57,892 nt of DNA, from positions 1 to 57,892 of the forward strand of contig JALHPI010000002.1 of NCBI GenBank assembly GCA_022842585.1, read 5' to 3'. The position numbers and the translations under genes were made by a program. Numbering within the stretch: the stretch's first letter is position 1; the number at the start of each line of letters is the position of its first letter. The stretch comes from Minisyncoccota bacterium. Its GTDB lineage: Bacteria; Patescibacteriota; Minisyncoccia; Phycocordibacterales; Phycocordibacteraceae. The notes under the pieces are model-generated. The model made no database searches. It saw nothing but the letters and a program-made list of their open reading frames with translations, and was not told where the DNA came from. Positions 29,246 to 38,746 of the stretch are shown in pieces.

Positions 29246-29290
29246 TTTTTTATTGTAGTGCAGAGGGAGGGGTTTGGGGATGTGTATAGC

Positions 29291-29323
29291 AATGCAAAAG
29301 GCGCCTTTCGGCGCTTTTGCATT
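29291..29323 (-). terminator. Terminator after the tRNA-Leu element
   Basis: AATGCAAAAGGCGCC-TTTC-GGCGCTTTTGCATT. Confidence 0.75.
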
Positions 29324-29500
29324 TGGTGCCCAGGAGGGCTCGACCAAGAACATTTCTGCTCGCCGTCGCTCACAGAAATTTCTCGGCCCTGCTCACGCTA
29401 CCGGTTCTGCTGAACCGCTCTACGCGCCCGCTTTCGAGTCCTCTCCTGGTGCCACAAAAAAGAAAGCCGACGCTCCCGCGTCGGACATTCTTTTTATGTG
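29324..29500 (-). repeat. tRNA-3'-associated element (family A) at tRNA-Leu(GAG)
   Basis: Antisense tRNA 3' copy 29433-29456, covarying core, direct 3' copy 29324-29343. Confidence 0.8.
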
Positions 29501-29582
29501 TGCCCAGGAGAGGACTCGAACCTCCACGCCTTTCGGCACTACCACCTCAAGGTAGCTTGTATACCAATTTCAACACCTGGGC
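29501..29582 (-). tRNA. tRNA-Leu(GAG)
   Basis: CTACC-TT-GAG-GT-GGTAG; long variable arm; GTTCGAGTC. Confidence 0.95.
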
Positions 29583-29649
29583 AGGTGCGTAGGCTTTAAA
29601 ACAAAGCCGGCCCGCCTACTATAGCGGGCCGGCTCGGTAATTACAAATC

Positions 29650-30150
29650 TTACGCCTTCGCTTCTTCCTTCGTCTCTTCTACTGCAACCATTTCCTCCGA
29701 TGCGCCATCCGTAGCTTCTTCAACTGCCTCGGCAACAGCATCCACAACTTCGTCTACCGCAACCTTTTCTTCTTCCTTGTAGTCGTCTGTTGAAACATTC
29801 ATCATGCGCATATTGCGGAGCTGGCGGCGTACTTCGCGAGCCACCTTTTCACGGATGAAGTAGAGCTTCGCGCGGCGGACTTTTGAGCGCTTTACGATTT
29901 CAATCTTCTCGATAAATGGGGCAAAAAGCGGGAATACGCGCTCAACGCCGATACCTGAGAGGGTCGCACGGACCGTAAAGGTGCCTCCCGCCTCATGGCC
30001 GTGCTTCGTTGCAAGGACAAGCCCTTCAAACGCCTGGGTACGGGTCTTCCCCTTTTCGATAATCTTCTGGTGTACGCGAACGGTATCGCCCGGGCGGATG
30101 CCGAGCTTGGTGCGCTCTTCGGTTTTAACCGGAGTAATAATCCCTGCCAT
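29650..30150 (-). CDS. rplS: 50S ribosomal protein bL19 with acidic C-terminal extension
   Basis: [36 protein letters not shown]. Confidence 0.97.
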   Translation of the reverse strand: MAGIITPVKTEERTKLGIRPGDTVRVHQKIIEKGKTRTQAFEGLVLATKHGHEAGGTFTVRATLSGIGVERVFPLFAPFIEKIEIVKRSKVRRAKLYFIREKVAREVRRQLRNMRMMNVSTDDYKEEEKVAVDEVVDAVAEAVEEATDGASEEMVAVEETKEEAKA

Positions 30151-30174
30151 AGTCGCGAAACTGTAGCATACGGC

Positions 30175-30915
30175 CTACGCGGTAGCAAGAATGCCGTCTG
30201 CGCCCTCGAATCGGGCGAGTCCTTTCTTGAGGTCCTCGGGGACTGGGGCTGTAAGCACGAGCCGTTCCCCGTTTTGCCACGGAAGGTCGAGCGAGAGCGC
30301 ATGAAGACCGAGCCGTCCGAAGTCGAGGTCGCATGCGCGGTTAGGCGCATACAAGGGATCGCAGACAATCGGGTGATGTATCGCTTTCAGATGTACGCGT
30401 ATCTGATGGGTCCTCCCTGTTTGCGGATAGATTTTCATAAGGGAGTGCGTGCCGTTGTCCGCGATGACTTCGTACTGCGTTATCGCTTCGCGAAGCGTTC
30501 CTTTTGCTTTCGGTTGCGCGGAACGAAGCCTAAAGTCCTGGCGCGAGCGTCCGATGGAGAAATCTATCGTGCCGTTACGCTCCTTCGGAACGCCGTATGC
30601 AAACGCAAGATACGTCTTCTTCGCTTCGCGCGTATGGAACACTTCTTTTAGGAACTCGTGCGCTTCCTGCGTCTTTGCAAGTACGAGTACGCCTGAGGTG
30701 TCGCGATCAAGCCGGTGCACGACGCCCGGACGACGTATCTCGCTCCCGTCTTGAAGCTTCTGCGTCTCCCCTACTTCGCTTGATGCGGGGTATTTTTTTG
30801 CAAACCAGTCGCTCACCGTTTCTTCGGTTGTTTTTCCGTCCGGGTGCGTCATGACGCCCGCAGGTTTGTCGATAACGACGATGTCGTCGTCTTCGTAGAT
30901 TATGGGGAGTTCCAT
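30175..30915 (-). CDS. RluA/RluD family pseudouridine synthase
   Basis: DKPAG, VHRLDRDTSG, TGRTHQIRVH, LHA. Confidence 0.95.
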   Translation of the reverse strand: MELPIIYEDDDIVVIDKPAGVMTHPDGKTTEETVSDWFAKKYPASSEVGETQKLQDGSEIRRPGVVHRLDRDTSGVLVLAKTQEAHEFLKEVFHTREAKKTYLAFAYGVPKERNGTIDFSIGRSRQDFRLRSAQPKAKGTLREAITQYEVIADNGTHSLMKIYPQTGRTHQIRVHLKAIHHPIVCDPLYAPNRACDLDFGRLGLHALSLDLPWQNGERLVLTAPVPEDLKKGLARFEGADGILATA

Positions 30916-30947
30916 ACGGCCACCCTATCACACCCGAGTTTTCAAAG

Positions 30948-31952
30948 TCACGAAACGAGTGAATTTCCAAAATCCATCAACTGCTCTTTCTTCTCTTGTG
31001 GAAGGGATGTGCGTGCGAGCGCATCATACGCACGTGACTTGTGTCCCGTTATCTTTGCGTTCGTGTATGCGAGAGCGTCTGTTTCTTCAACGAGAGCCAG
31101 TATGGTTTCTGTCGAGGCTTTCGTGTCTGCATAGTACGCAAGGAATTCTTGCTGCTTGGTACCAAGCACGTCTCGAGCACGAATGATTGGTAATGTTTTC
31201 TTTCGCTCCTCAATATCTCCTGCGGGGGTCTTTCCCGTTTGAGCTGTCGTCGCCCATAAAGACTGGACATCATCAAAAAGTTGATATGCCATCCCGAACT
31301 CCCGCCCAAATGTTTCAAGGGCATCAATTTCTGTTTGCGACTGACCGGCAATATATCCTGCAGTCGCCGTCGTTGCGCCAATCAATGCGGCACTTTTCTT
31401 GTCTATCATTTTAAGATACACCACTTCAGTTACCTCCGCATTCGCAAGATTTGCTTCGGTGAGGGAAAAATCTAGATGTTGCCCTTCAATTACTTCGCGA
31501 TACCTGGCGAGTAGGAATGATTGGAGCACGCGATAGGTTGAGGAGTTGGCCGGCATAGTCGCAAGCGCTTCAAGCGCAAGAACAAGCTGTGCGTCTCCTA
31601 CATTTATTGCTTTGTTTACTCCCCATACCTTCCAGACCGTTGGCCTGCCACGACGGAGTTCATCATTATCTTCAATATCATCATGTATTAATGAGAAGTT
31701 ATGGAAAAGCTCAATGGAGAGTGCTGCGGGCATTGCATCATCCAGACAGCCATAGCCATCAGCAATAGCGAGAAGGACTGCCGGTCTAAAGCGCTTGCCG
31801 GTTCTGCTCGTAATCGGGGTAAAGTGCTCATCGGTATATCCCATGAAGTAGCGCAACATACCGTACATATCGGATGATTCCTTCGTCAGGAAGGCATTTG
31901 CAATCGGGTCTATTTTTGCACCATACGTACGAACACTATCTCCGTTACTCAT
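30948..31952 (-). CDS. Polyprenyl (trans-isoprenyl) diphosphate synthase
   Basis: GKRFRP, LIHDDIEDNDELRRG, YQLFDD, GDIEERKKT. Confidence 0.93.
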   Translation of the reverse strand: MSNGDSVRTYGAKIDPIANAFLTKESSDMYGMLRYFMGYTDEHFTPITSRTGKRFRPAVLLAIADGYGCLDDAMPAALSIELFHNFSLIHDDIEDNDELRRGRPTVWKVWGVNKAINVGDAQLVLALEALATMPANSSTYRVLQSFLLARYREVIEGQHLDFSLTEANLANAEVTEVVYLKMIDKKSAALIGATTATAGYIAGQSQTEIDALETFGREFGMAYQLFDDVQSLWATTAQTGKTPAGDIEERKKTLPIIRARDVLGTKQQEFLAYYADTKASTETILALVEETDALAYTNAKITGHKSRAYDALARTSLPQEKKEQLMDFGNSLVS

Positions 31953-32629
31953 ACGCCGAAGTTACGTTTAATAGACCGATAGGTTTTAATACACGTATCA
32001 AATTCTTCTCTCGTAAACGCAGGCCAGAGTGTCTTGGTAAACATCAGCTCGCTGTACACGCTTTGCCAAGGAAGAAAATTAGAGAGGCGCTGGTCTCCTC
32101 CGGTCCTAATAATGAGTTCAGGGTCAGGCAGTCCTGCACTCCATAATGCATCACTGAACTCATCTTCGGTCACCCGTTCCCTGCCCTTTGCAAGCACCGT
32201 ATTCACCGCATCTAGTATCTCTGCGCGACCACCATATGAAAGCAGTATGGCCAGTACGAATGGGCAGTGTGCAGATTCTTGCTCTCGTTGTGCCATCAAT
32301 TTCTGTATATGTCCTGAGAAACGTGTTCGATCACCAACGAAACGCAAAGAAACTTCCTCGCGCAACTCGTCAAAACCAGAAGTGAGCTGCTCCTCAAGAA
32401 GCGACATCATTTGAGCAACTTCACGAGGATCGCGCTTCCAGTTTTCCGTGCTAAACGCATACACATATACACACGTGACACCTTGGTCCTTTGCCCACTT
32501 CACAACTTCCTTTAGTTTCTCCGCACCTTGCCGATGTCCTTCTGTGGCAGACATCTGGCGTTCAGATGCATAGCGTCGATTGCCGTCCATAATTAGTCCG
32601 ACGGATTGTGGTATTACGGCATCAGTCAT
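31949..32629 (-). CDS. uppS: Undecaprenyl diphosphate synthase
   Basis: IMDGNRR, YAFSTENWKR, YGGR.EI, IRTGG.QRLSNFL.WQ. Confidence 0.96.
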   Translation of the reverse strand: MTDAVIPQSVGLIMDGNRRYASERQMSATEGHRQGAEKLKEVVKWAKDQGVTCVYVYAFSTENWKRDPREVAQMMSLLEEQLTSGFDELREEVSLRFVGDRTRFSGHIQKLMAQREQESAHCPFVLAILLSYGGRAEILDAVNTVLAKGRERVTEDEFSDALWSAGLPDPELIIRTGGDQRLSNFLPWQSVYSELMFTKTLWPAFTREEFDTCIKTYRSIKRNFGV

Positions 32630-32897
32630 AACGTATAGAAAAGTCAGTATACCCTCCCCTGGCTTCCCTGTAGACGAACCGAACGTCTTCCACCCGCGCT
32701 AAGAGCGGGCCTTTCTTCAGTTTCTCTACATATACTTCTAGTTTTGCACGAGGACCCTCCGCCACCACCCGCACCGTCCCGTCCTTTAGATTCTGTACTT
32801 CACCTACGAGGCGTAGCCCTCGTGCCTTTCGCTGTGCGAAGTCCCGATACATCACCATTTGCACCCTTCCGGACACTAGTGCCTCGAGTCGTTCCAT
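32622..32897 (-). CDS. acyP: Acylphosphatase
   Basis: VSGRVQ.V.YR, V.N..DG.V.V.AEG, GP..ARV. Confidence 0.93.
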   Translation of the reverse strand: MERLEALVSGRVQMVMYRDFAQRKARGLRLVGEVQNLKDGTVRVVAEGPRAKLEVYVEKLKKGPLLARVEDVRFVYREARGGYTDFSIRYD

Positions 32898-33023
32898 AGG
32901 CTTTTAAAAATACACTATTTCGGGTATCTTCTTATCTACAGGGCTGTTTTGTTCAAGCGCTTAGGTTAGTTTGTAGAAACGTCCGCGTTCGTGTACCACA
33001 TAGGTGGAAAGTAGATATTGTTC

Positions 33024-33096
33024 GGGCGCTTAGCTCAGTTGGTAGAGCATCCCGTTTACACCGGGCAGGTCAGAGGTTCGAGTCCTCTAGCGCCCA
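33024..33096 (+). tRNA. tRNA-Val(TAC)
   Basis: AGCTCAGTTGGTAGAGC; loop TT-TAC-AC; GTTCGAGTC. Confidence 0.95.
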
Positions 33097-33263
33097 CAAA
33101 GACGAAAATCCTAGCGTAAGCTAGGATTTTCGCTTTTGGGCGCTAAGCAAAGCGTGGGGCGCTTTGCGTGAGCTGCGGAGCAGAAAAGTCGCAGGCGGGT
33201 AGCCGAGACGGGGTCGCAGAATTTTCCAGCAAGAAAATATCTGTGACCGGGCCCTAGCGCCCA
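33097..33263 (+). repeat. tRNA-3'-associated element (family A) at tRNA-Val
   Basis: Antisense acceptor TGGGCGCTA ~33137, core 33205-33249, direct copy CTAGCGCCCA 33254-33263. Confidence 0.8.
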
Positions 33264-33332
33264 GCCACAAACCGTGACCACAAAAAATGACGACACGACA
33301 AGCGCTTGATCGAGCTCTAGCGCCATCGCGAT

Positions 33333-34568
33333 ATGATTCGGTATACTTTACCTAACCGTATGAACAGTTCCGAGTATCCTCCAAAAGAAAAAGGGTTCGG
33401 GTCGATGGCTCGCCAGTGGATTTTGCGTCCATACGAAAGCACGCGTGCATTCCTTACCGAAACGGAAGACTTTTTCCTTGCCGGGACCCAAATGACGCGG
33501 ACTGGCCCTCCAAGCCTTGAGAATGCGACAAAGCGTTTGTTTGCAACGATGAGCGCTGAGTACCAACGGTTACGCGCAAACGGACTCATAAAAAAGAATC
33601 GCAAAGGCGTCTCAAAAATAGAAGAGCGCGCAAAAAAGGTAGCGAAAGCACGTGAGCAGGTTACGGAAAAATTTGACGCACTCAATGAATTTCTTGACGG
33701 TAGGATTGAAGAGATAAACGAGATACTTGAAGGAGCTTCGGAGCTTATCCCATTCCGGCTCCTCGAAGAGTTTGCGAATATCGACCAGCTCCAGGAAGAG
33801 CTCGATTTCATGCAACAGCACCTACGCACTGAAATGCGCGAACTTGGAGCCGGCAAGTCCTTCCCTATCGCGACCATAGACGCCAACCAGGAAGCATCCC
33901 TTACTGCCATGGACAGTGCGCTCCGCCTCATCAACGAGCTTCGAATGGATGTGTTTGCACGTCACGATGAAATCAAGAAGGCAGAGAAGAAGTTCCGTAA
34001 AGCACAAGCGTCCGCATTTGAAGCTGATATGCGTACCTATAAGCGACAGCAGGCGCTTGATCGCCTCGAATCCCTTCGCCACGGACTCCACCAGGTAATA
34101 TTGAAACGTATTGCGAATAGACGAAAGCTTGGTGAAATATCGCTTCGTATAGAAGAACTTTCCTACGGAAAAAATCCTACGGAAAAACGACGAGAGACAG
34201 AGGTATTCGGTGCGCGGTATTTGAAACAACAACTGCAGGATTTTAAGAAACGGGCTGAGCAATTCGCAGACGCAAAGCAGTTGCATACACGAGTCGCTTC
34301 CGTGCAAGACATTGCCGAGCTCGGACGCCGCCCGCAGGTCTACGATGTAGAGAAATGCGTAGGGGGGTTGGTTTTGAACCCCGGACTTCGCTCCATGCTT
34401 ATGAAAGTTCTCTTCCCTGTTCCGAAAGAGGAGCCGGGGTTCATACCAGCCATACGGTACGGAGCGGTTCACCGCGTACAACTAGAAAGGATGATTGCTG
34501 GTATTGAAGACTTTCTTAACCCGCCAAAAGAAGTTGCAGAAGAACCAGAATTACAAGAACACGTATGA
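33333..34568 (+). CDS. Hypothetical coiled-coil protein
   Basis: 411-aa charged helical ORF; start uncertain (33333 or 33360). Confidence 0.7.
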   Translation: MIRYTLPNRMNSSEYPPKEKGFGSMARQWILRPYESTRAFLTETEDFFLAGTQMTRTGPPSLENATKRLFATMSAEYQRLRANGLIKKNRKGVSKIEERAKKVAKAREQVTEKFDALNEFLDGRIEEINEILEGASELIPFRLLEEFANIDQLQEELDFMQQHLRTEMRELGAGKSFPIATIDANQEASLTAMDSALRLINELRMDVFARHDEIKKAEKKFRKAQASAFEADMRTYKRQQALDRLESLRHGLHQVILKRIANRRKLGEISLRIEELSYGKNPTEKRRETEVFGARYLKQQLQDFKKRAEQFADAKQLHTRVASVQDIAELGRRPQVYDVEKCVGGLVLNPGLRSMLMKVLFPVPKEEPGFIPAIRYGAVHRVQLERMIAGIEDFLNPPKEVAEEPELQEHV

Positions 34569-34810
34569 CCACACACGAACTACTTCAACTGTTTCTTGAA
34601 GACCCGGACCTTGCCGTGTACGCGACCGAACCGGAACTCGAGGCACTTGCCTTACGCAATCCGGATGAGGAAGCTTCCCGCGGTGATTTCGAAAAAATAA
34701 ATACGATGTGCGGACGGTTGAACATACAAATGCTCGAACAACTAGATGAACTGGATGAAGCGGATGCGCAACTAATCCAACTGCAAAAAGAAATAGGTGC
34801 GTCAGAATAG
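34565..34810 (+). CDS. Small acidic hypothetical protein
   Basis: ATGA-coupled to the upstream ORF and followed by a terminator. Confidence 0.65.
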   Translation: MTTHELLQLFLEDPDLAVYATEPELEALALRNPDEEASRGDFEKINTMCGRLNIQMLEQLDELDEADAQLIQLQKEIGASE

Positions 34811-34840
34811 CAAAAACCTCCGCACTCCGGAGGTTTTGCA
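34810..34840. terminator. Bidirectional terminator
   Basis: GCAAAAACCTCCG-CACTC-CGGAGGTTTTGC. Confidence 0.75.
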
Positions 34841-34841
34841 T

Positions 34842-34926
34842 TGGTGGGCATGGGGAGAGTCGAACTCCCATGGATTGCTCCAGCCGCTTCTGAGACGACA
34901 GCGTATACCAGTTCCGCCACATGCCC
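34842..34926 (-). tRNA. tRNA-Leu(CAG)
   Basis: GTCGT-CT-CAG-AA-GCGGC; variable arm; encoded CCA. Confidence 0.93.
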
Positions 34927-34939
34927 GTGTTTTTTCTTG

Positions 34940-35011
34940 TGCTCCCACCAGGAATCGAACCTAGATCGACGGCTTAGAAGTCCGCAGCTTTATCCATTAA
35001 GCTATGGGAGC
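34940..35011 (-). tRNA. tRNA-Arg(TCT)
   Basis: Loop CT-TCT-AA; GTTCGATTC; acceptor GCTCCCA/TGGGAGC. Confidence 0.93.
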
Positions 35012-35043
35012 AAGGTAAGGTGAACTAGGAAACAGTACTGGCC

Positions 35044-35355
35044 CTAACGCGATGGGTCAACAAAGCGGTACTCGTTTCTATACCGCGCCTCTTCCGCCTC
35101 CTTCTTTTTGAACAATTCCTGTGCCTTCTCGAAGGAGCTTGCGTCCACCTCCTGCTGTGGCGCGGGTGCCTGAATAGTTTTCTCTTCCGTCAGCACCGCG
35201 AAAAAGAACCATACGTTCCAGAGCACGCTGGCGAAAATGAGTACGAGACCAGACGCGAGTACCATCATCCAATCGCGTGAAGGATTGAGGCGCTTTACGC
35301 CTTGCGGTTTAAGGAAGCGTTGAAGCGATGCGGTGATTTTTTTGAGCGGGTCCAT
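35044..35355 (-). CDS. Bitopic protein at the end of the pilMNO operon
   Basis: Single TM; ends FVDPS; operon position. Confidence 0.65.
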   Translation of the reverse strand: MDPLKKITASLQRFLKPQGVKRLNPSRDWMMVLASGLVLIFASVLWNVWFFFAVLTEEKTIQAPAPQQEVDASSFEKAQELFKKKEAEEARYRNEYRFVDPSR

Positions 35356-35356
35356 A

Positions 35357-35872
35357 TTATTTCAGTTCGGTACCAACGACGAATACGCCGACAGCGCTCC
35401 ACGTCTCCCCTTTATCGGGCGTATCAAGCGTGAGATCGCTTACCATGTTCGCGTACGGGCCGTTCTCTATCGCGCCAAGCGTTCGCATAACGGCATCAAA
35501 TGTTCCGGTAATCGAAAGAGAGAGCGAAATTTTGCCATTCGACGCCTTCCCCTCCCCCGACACGGATGCGACTTGCACGGTCGCTCCGAATGCTTTGCCG
35601 GTTCCTTCAATCGTCTCAAGAAAAAGAACAATGTCGTCCGTTTTTACCAGATGCGATGCGATGAAGTTTTCCTGCGCGAGCAAGTCATCCTCCGCCGTGC
35701 GCGCTGATGCCGCTCGGATTCGTTCCCCCTCTTTTGCGAGGATGTCGGTTTCAAGCTGCGCGGTTTCGGTGCGCAACCCCTGCATTAGGTCGTACCAAAA
35801 TACGTAGCCGCCAATCGCACTTAGCGCGATAAGGACTGACACGATCAAAGAGAGGGCGGGTCCTTTTTTCAT
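35357..35872 (-). CDS. PilO-like type IV pilus protein
   Basis: TM, coiled coil, L.I.G.F..V...L..IEN.P; synteny. Confidence 0.7.
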   Translation of the reverse strand: MKKGPALSLIVSVLIALSAIGGYVFWYDLMQGLRTETAQLETDILAKEGERIRAASARTAEDDLLAQENFIASHLVKTDDIVLFLETIEGTGKAFGATVQVASVSGEGKASNGKISLSLSITGTFDAVMRTLGAIENGPYANMVSDLTLDTPDKGETWSAVGVFVVGTELK

Positions 35873-36423
35873 GGTGTGAGTGGGCCGGTAAGCGTAATGG
35901 TGAACGGAATATCGCTTTCTTTTGCGTATGCCGAGAGCGGAAGCTCTGCGCTTTTTGCAAATGCAAGCGAAGAGAGTGCGAGATGGTACTGACGGAGTGA
36001 CTCGCGGGTCTTTGCCATCCCCGTAATGGTCAGGCGACCTTCCGGCGACGGGGATTTAAACGAGAGCGCCGTTATCGTAATCCCCGCATGCGGCACTGCA
36101 AGCAGCGCACGGATGATCCCAGTAGCTGAGGGCGACGAGGAGAGTGCGAGTAACCGTTCCGAGTCGCTCTTAAGACGTGTGAGCCGTGTCTGCATCTCCG
36201 CTTCTTCGGAACCCGCAAGCGTGTTTGTGAGCTGTGCGAGACGCGCTCGCGCAAGCGAGGCCGTTTCGTGCAGGTATAGGTAGGAGGGGGTAAGCAGTGC
36301 GGCATGGATGCCGATAGCGCCCACTACTACGAGCGCAGCGACCGTGCCAAGCTTGAAGAAATAGTCACGTCTGAAGGCGCGTATCCGTTCATCCGGCAAT
36401 AGATTGGTGAGTTCAGATGACAT
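35869..36423 (-). CDS. PilN-like type IV pilus protein
   Basis: TNLLP motif, TM, LTITG.A.TR. Confidence 0.75.
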   Translation of the reverse strand: MSSELTNLLPDERIRAFRRDYFFKLGTVAALVVVGAIGIHAALLTPSYLYLHETASLARARLAQLTNTLAGSEEAEMQTRLTRLKSDSERLLALSSSPSATGIIRALLAVPHAGITITALSFKSPSPEGRLTITGMAKTRESLRQYHLALSSLAFAKSAELPLSAYAKESDIPFTITLTGPLTP

Positions 36424-37495
36424 ATTCTCGTAGGGCAAGTCCTATGGCGGTTCCGTAGGCGAGCGACTCGGTGTACTCAAGCGGCGGAAGCCATGCGTCG
36501 CGCGACGCAAAGTTCGCAAACACATCGCCAAGCTCGACCGGTACTTTAAGCGCCGTCTGCAGGTACTCAGGGAGACCGAGTACGGTAGCGTTGCCGCCTA
36601 CGAGTATTGCTCGCGTGACTGCGTCATGGACCTCGCCTTCGCCTTTGCGCGACTGCCAGTATTCAAGACGCTTGGCGATTTCCTCGCGGATAACCGAAAC
36701 CGTTGAAAGCATGGTGGCGAGATATTCTTCATTTCCGCTTCCTGCCACGATGCCACGTTCCGCCTTTACCCGCTTCGCCTCTTCTTCACTTACGCCAAAG
36801 TGCTTGGCAACCGCAAGCGTGAGCGCGTGTCCGCCAATATCAAGTGTGGTCACGTAGCGCGGCAGGCGGTTCGTCGCGACCAGGAGCTTGGTCGTTGTTT
36901 TTCCGATATCGATGATGAGCACCGTTTCCTCTTCCCCGTTTTTGAGGAGTGCGCGCGGAAGCGCAAACGTCTCGCTTTCAATGGCACGAGTAGTGATGCC
37001 GGCTTCGTCCAAGGTCTGGAGCGATTCATCGAGCACCCGGTGCGAGTAGCCTGCACCTACGACGCGCGACTTCTCTCCTACCTTCGGAAGACGCGCTACA
37101 GCAAACGCAACCTCGGAGGCTGGTAATGGCACGTACTCGTCGAGACGGCGTTCTACCGCCACCTTAGCTTCGTCGAGCGTCCCTTCGGGGACTTCCGCCT
37201 CAAATAGGTATCCGCGGGACTCCGGCAGGCCGAAGTTTGCTATTTTTATGCGGTGCTTTTTCGAAAGAGTCTTGAGCCCTTCGACAACCGCAGCAGCATC
37301 ACGTATTTCGCCACCGACTACCGTTCCCGTGGGAAGCGGATATTCGCCATAGTCTGCAAGCTCAAGGCCGGCAGAATGTTCGGCGAGTCGCGCTATCTTG
37401 ATGCCGCTCGTGGAAATATCGATACCGACCGTGCAAAGCGCGATATAGGAAGGAGGTGGCAATTCAACGCGAAGGAAGCGCGAAAGAGCGTTCAT
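36413..37495 (-). CDS. pilM: Type IV pilus assembly protein PilM
   Basis: GIDIS...IK, IIDIG..TT, GG..LT, LVGG.A...GL, TAIGLALR. Confidence 0.9.
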   Translation of the reverse strand: MNALSRFLRVELPPPSYIALCTVGIDISTSGIKIARLAEHSAGLELADYGEYPLPTGTVVGGEIRDAAAVVEGLKTLSKKHRIKIANFGLPESRGYLFEAEVPEGTLDEAKVAVERRLDEYVPLPASEVAFAVARLPKVGEKSRVVGAGYSHRVLDESLQTLDEAGITTRAIESETFALPRALLKNGEEETVLIIDIGKTTTKLLVATNRLPRYVTTLDIGGHALTLAVAKHFGVSEEEAKRVKAERGIVAGSGNEEYLATMLSTVSVIREEIAKRLEYWQSRKGEGEVHDAVTRAILVGGNATVLGLPEYLQTALKVPVELGDVFANFASRDAWLPPLEYTESLAYGTAIGLALREYVI

Positions 37496-37541
37496 GCCGA
37501 TAAGTATAACGCCTCGGAAGGCGTGTCGTGTGTAAAAACTG

Positions 37542-37886
37542 TTAGTGGGCGCTCGTGCCGGGAGGGACCGGCCGGTCTGGGGTGAGGAATGCGAATGTGT
37601 CGCCCTCCCCCACTGCAAACAACATGCCGTTCGATTCGATACCTTTTATTACTCTCGGCTCGAGGTTCGTCACGTACGCGAGCTGGCGCCCAACGAGTGT
37701 TCCAGGGTCTTCTACATAGGCGGCAATGCCGGAAACAATCGTGCGCGGACTTGAGACTCCTTCAGTATCGACTTCCCCGAAATCGACCGTGCATTTCAAA
37801 AGCTTGTCGGTTTCCGGTACTCGTTCCGCGCTTTTGACCGTGCCTACGCGCACTTCTATCTTGCTGAATTCATCAATGGAAATCAT
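37542..37886 (-). CDS. Stand-alone tRNA-binding OB protein (Trbp111/CsaA/MetRS C-terminal-like)
   Basis: ISIDEF.K.E.RVG, DKLL...VD.G, RTIVSGI, NL.PR...G.ESNGM. Confidence 0.9.
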   Translation of the reverse strand: MISIDEFSKIEVRVGTVKSAERVPETDKLLKCTVDFGEVDTEGVSSPRTIVSGIAAYVEDPGTLVGRQLAYVTNLEPRVIKGIESNGMLFAVGEGDTFAFLTPDRPVPPGTSAH

Positions 37887-38311
37887 ATGCGGGAAAGATA
37901 GCTCGTAAGTATGAGGGCGGCGGCGGAAGCGTCGACCGCTTCCGTATTCTTTTGCGCTGTTTTGCGGGCGCTGTCGGACACATGCTGCGGGTGCAGGCCA
38001 TCAAACCCGCGACGCGCTTCCTGTGTGGTGAATAATTCCTGCTCGAAAAACACCGGGAGCCCTGTCGTATCCTCGAGACTTTTTCCAAACGCGTGCGCGG
38101 CTTCTGCTACCGGATTTTTTTCCCCATTGAAATTCAGCGAATCCCCTACCACGATTGCGCCTATCTGTTCCTTTTCAATAAGCGCACACACCGTATTCAA
38201 AAGCGTATCGTCGTTCTTAAGGATGCTGTGGGGAAATCCCATAGTACCCGCCTCGTCCGAGAGAGCGAGTCCTACTTTTTTGGTTCCGTAATCGATGCCG
38301 AGGTGACGCAT
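37883..38311 (-). CDS. yqgF: YqgF/RuvX pre-16S rRNA nuclease
   Basis: LGIDYGTKKVGLALSD, E.FTT, VDA.AAALIL..YL. Confidence 0.93.
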   Translation of the reverse strand: MRHLGIDYGTKKVGLALSDEAGTMGFPHSILKNDDTLLNTVCALIEKEQIGAIVVGDSLNFNGEKNPVAEAAHAFGKSLEDTTGLPVFFEQELFTTQEARRGFDGLHPQHVSDSARKTAQKNTEAVDASAAALILTSYLSRI

Positions 38312-38359
38312 AAAAGCTATCGTACCAACAAATAAGGGCATGTGGTATTCTCCCTTTAT

Positions 38360-38704
38360 ATGTGGACCCCTTTCTCGGACAATCTCTTCCTGGACGCCTC
38401 CGGCAGCGCGTTTGGGTTCGGCACGGTTCTAATTGCAGTCCTGTTCATTGTTATCGCGCTCTGGGCGCTTGTATGGAAGACGCTTGCCGTCTGGCACGCA
38501 GCGCGCAACAAGCAACGACTCTGGATGATTGCGCTTCTTCTCGTAAACACGGTAGGCGTACTAGAAATCATCTATCTTGCTTGGTTCCGCAAAGACAACA
38601 ATGCGACCGGAAGTCCCGAGTTATACCCCTTCTTGAAAGATATTAAAAATCCTCTAACGTATGACTCCGCAACATCTGGGGAAACGAAAGAAAAAACTAT
38701 CTAG
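38360..38704 (+). CDS. Small membrane protein (DUF5652-like)
   Basis: W..VWK..A.W.AARN.Q..W....L.NT.G.LEIIY. Confidence 0.8.
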   Translation: MWTPFSDNLFLDASGSAFGFGTVLIAVLFIVIALWALVWKTLAVWHAARNKQRLWMIALLLVNTVGVLEIIYLAWFRKDNNATGSPELYPFLKDIKNPLTYDSATSGETKEKTI

Positions 38705-38746
38705 CAAGGTTCGTTTGGTGTGATGCATTAGTGGTACACTGTATTA

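Noticed and set aside
33111..33326. ORFs over tRNA-associated elements (33111-33326, 39987-40475, 40021-40251, 40214-40456) with similar peptides
   Set aside because: The peptide similarity just reflects the non-coding repeat, and the frames overlap tRNAs antisense or lack credible starts.
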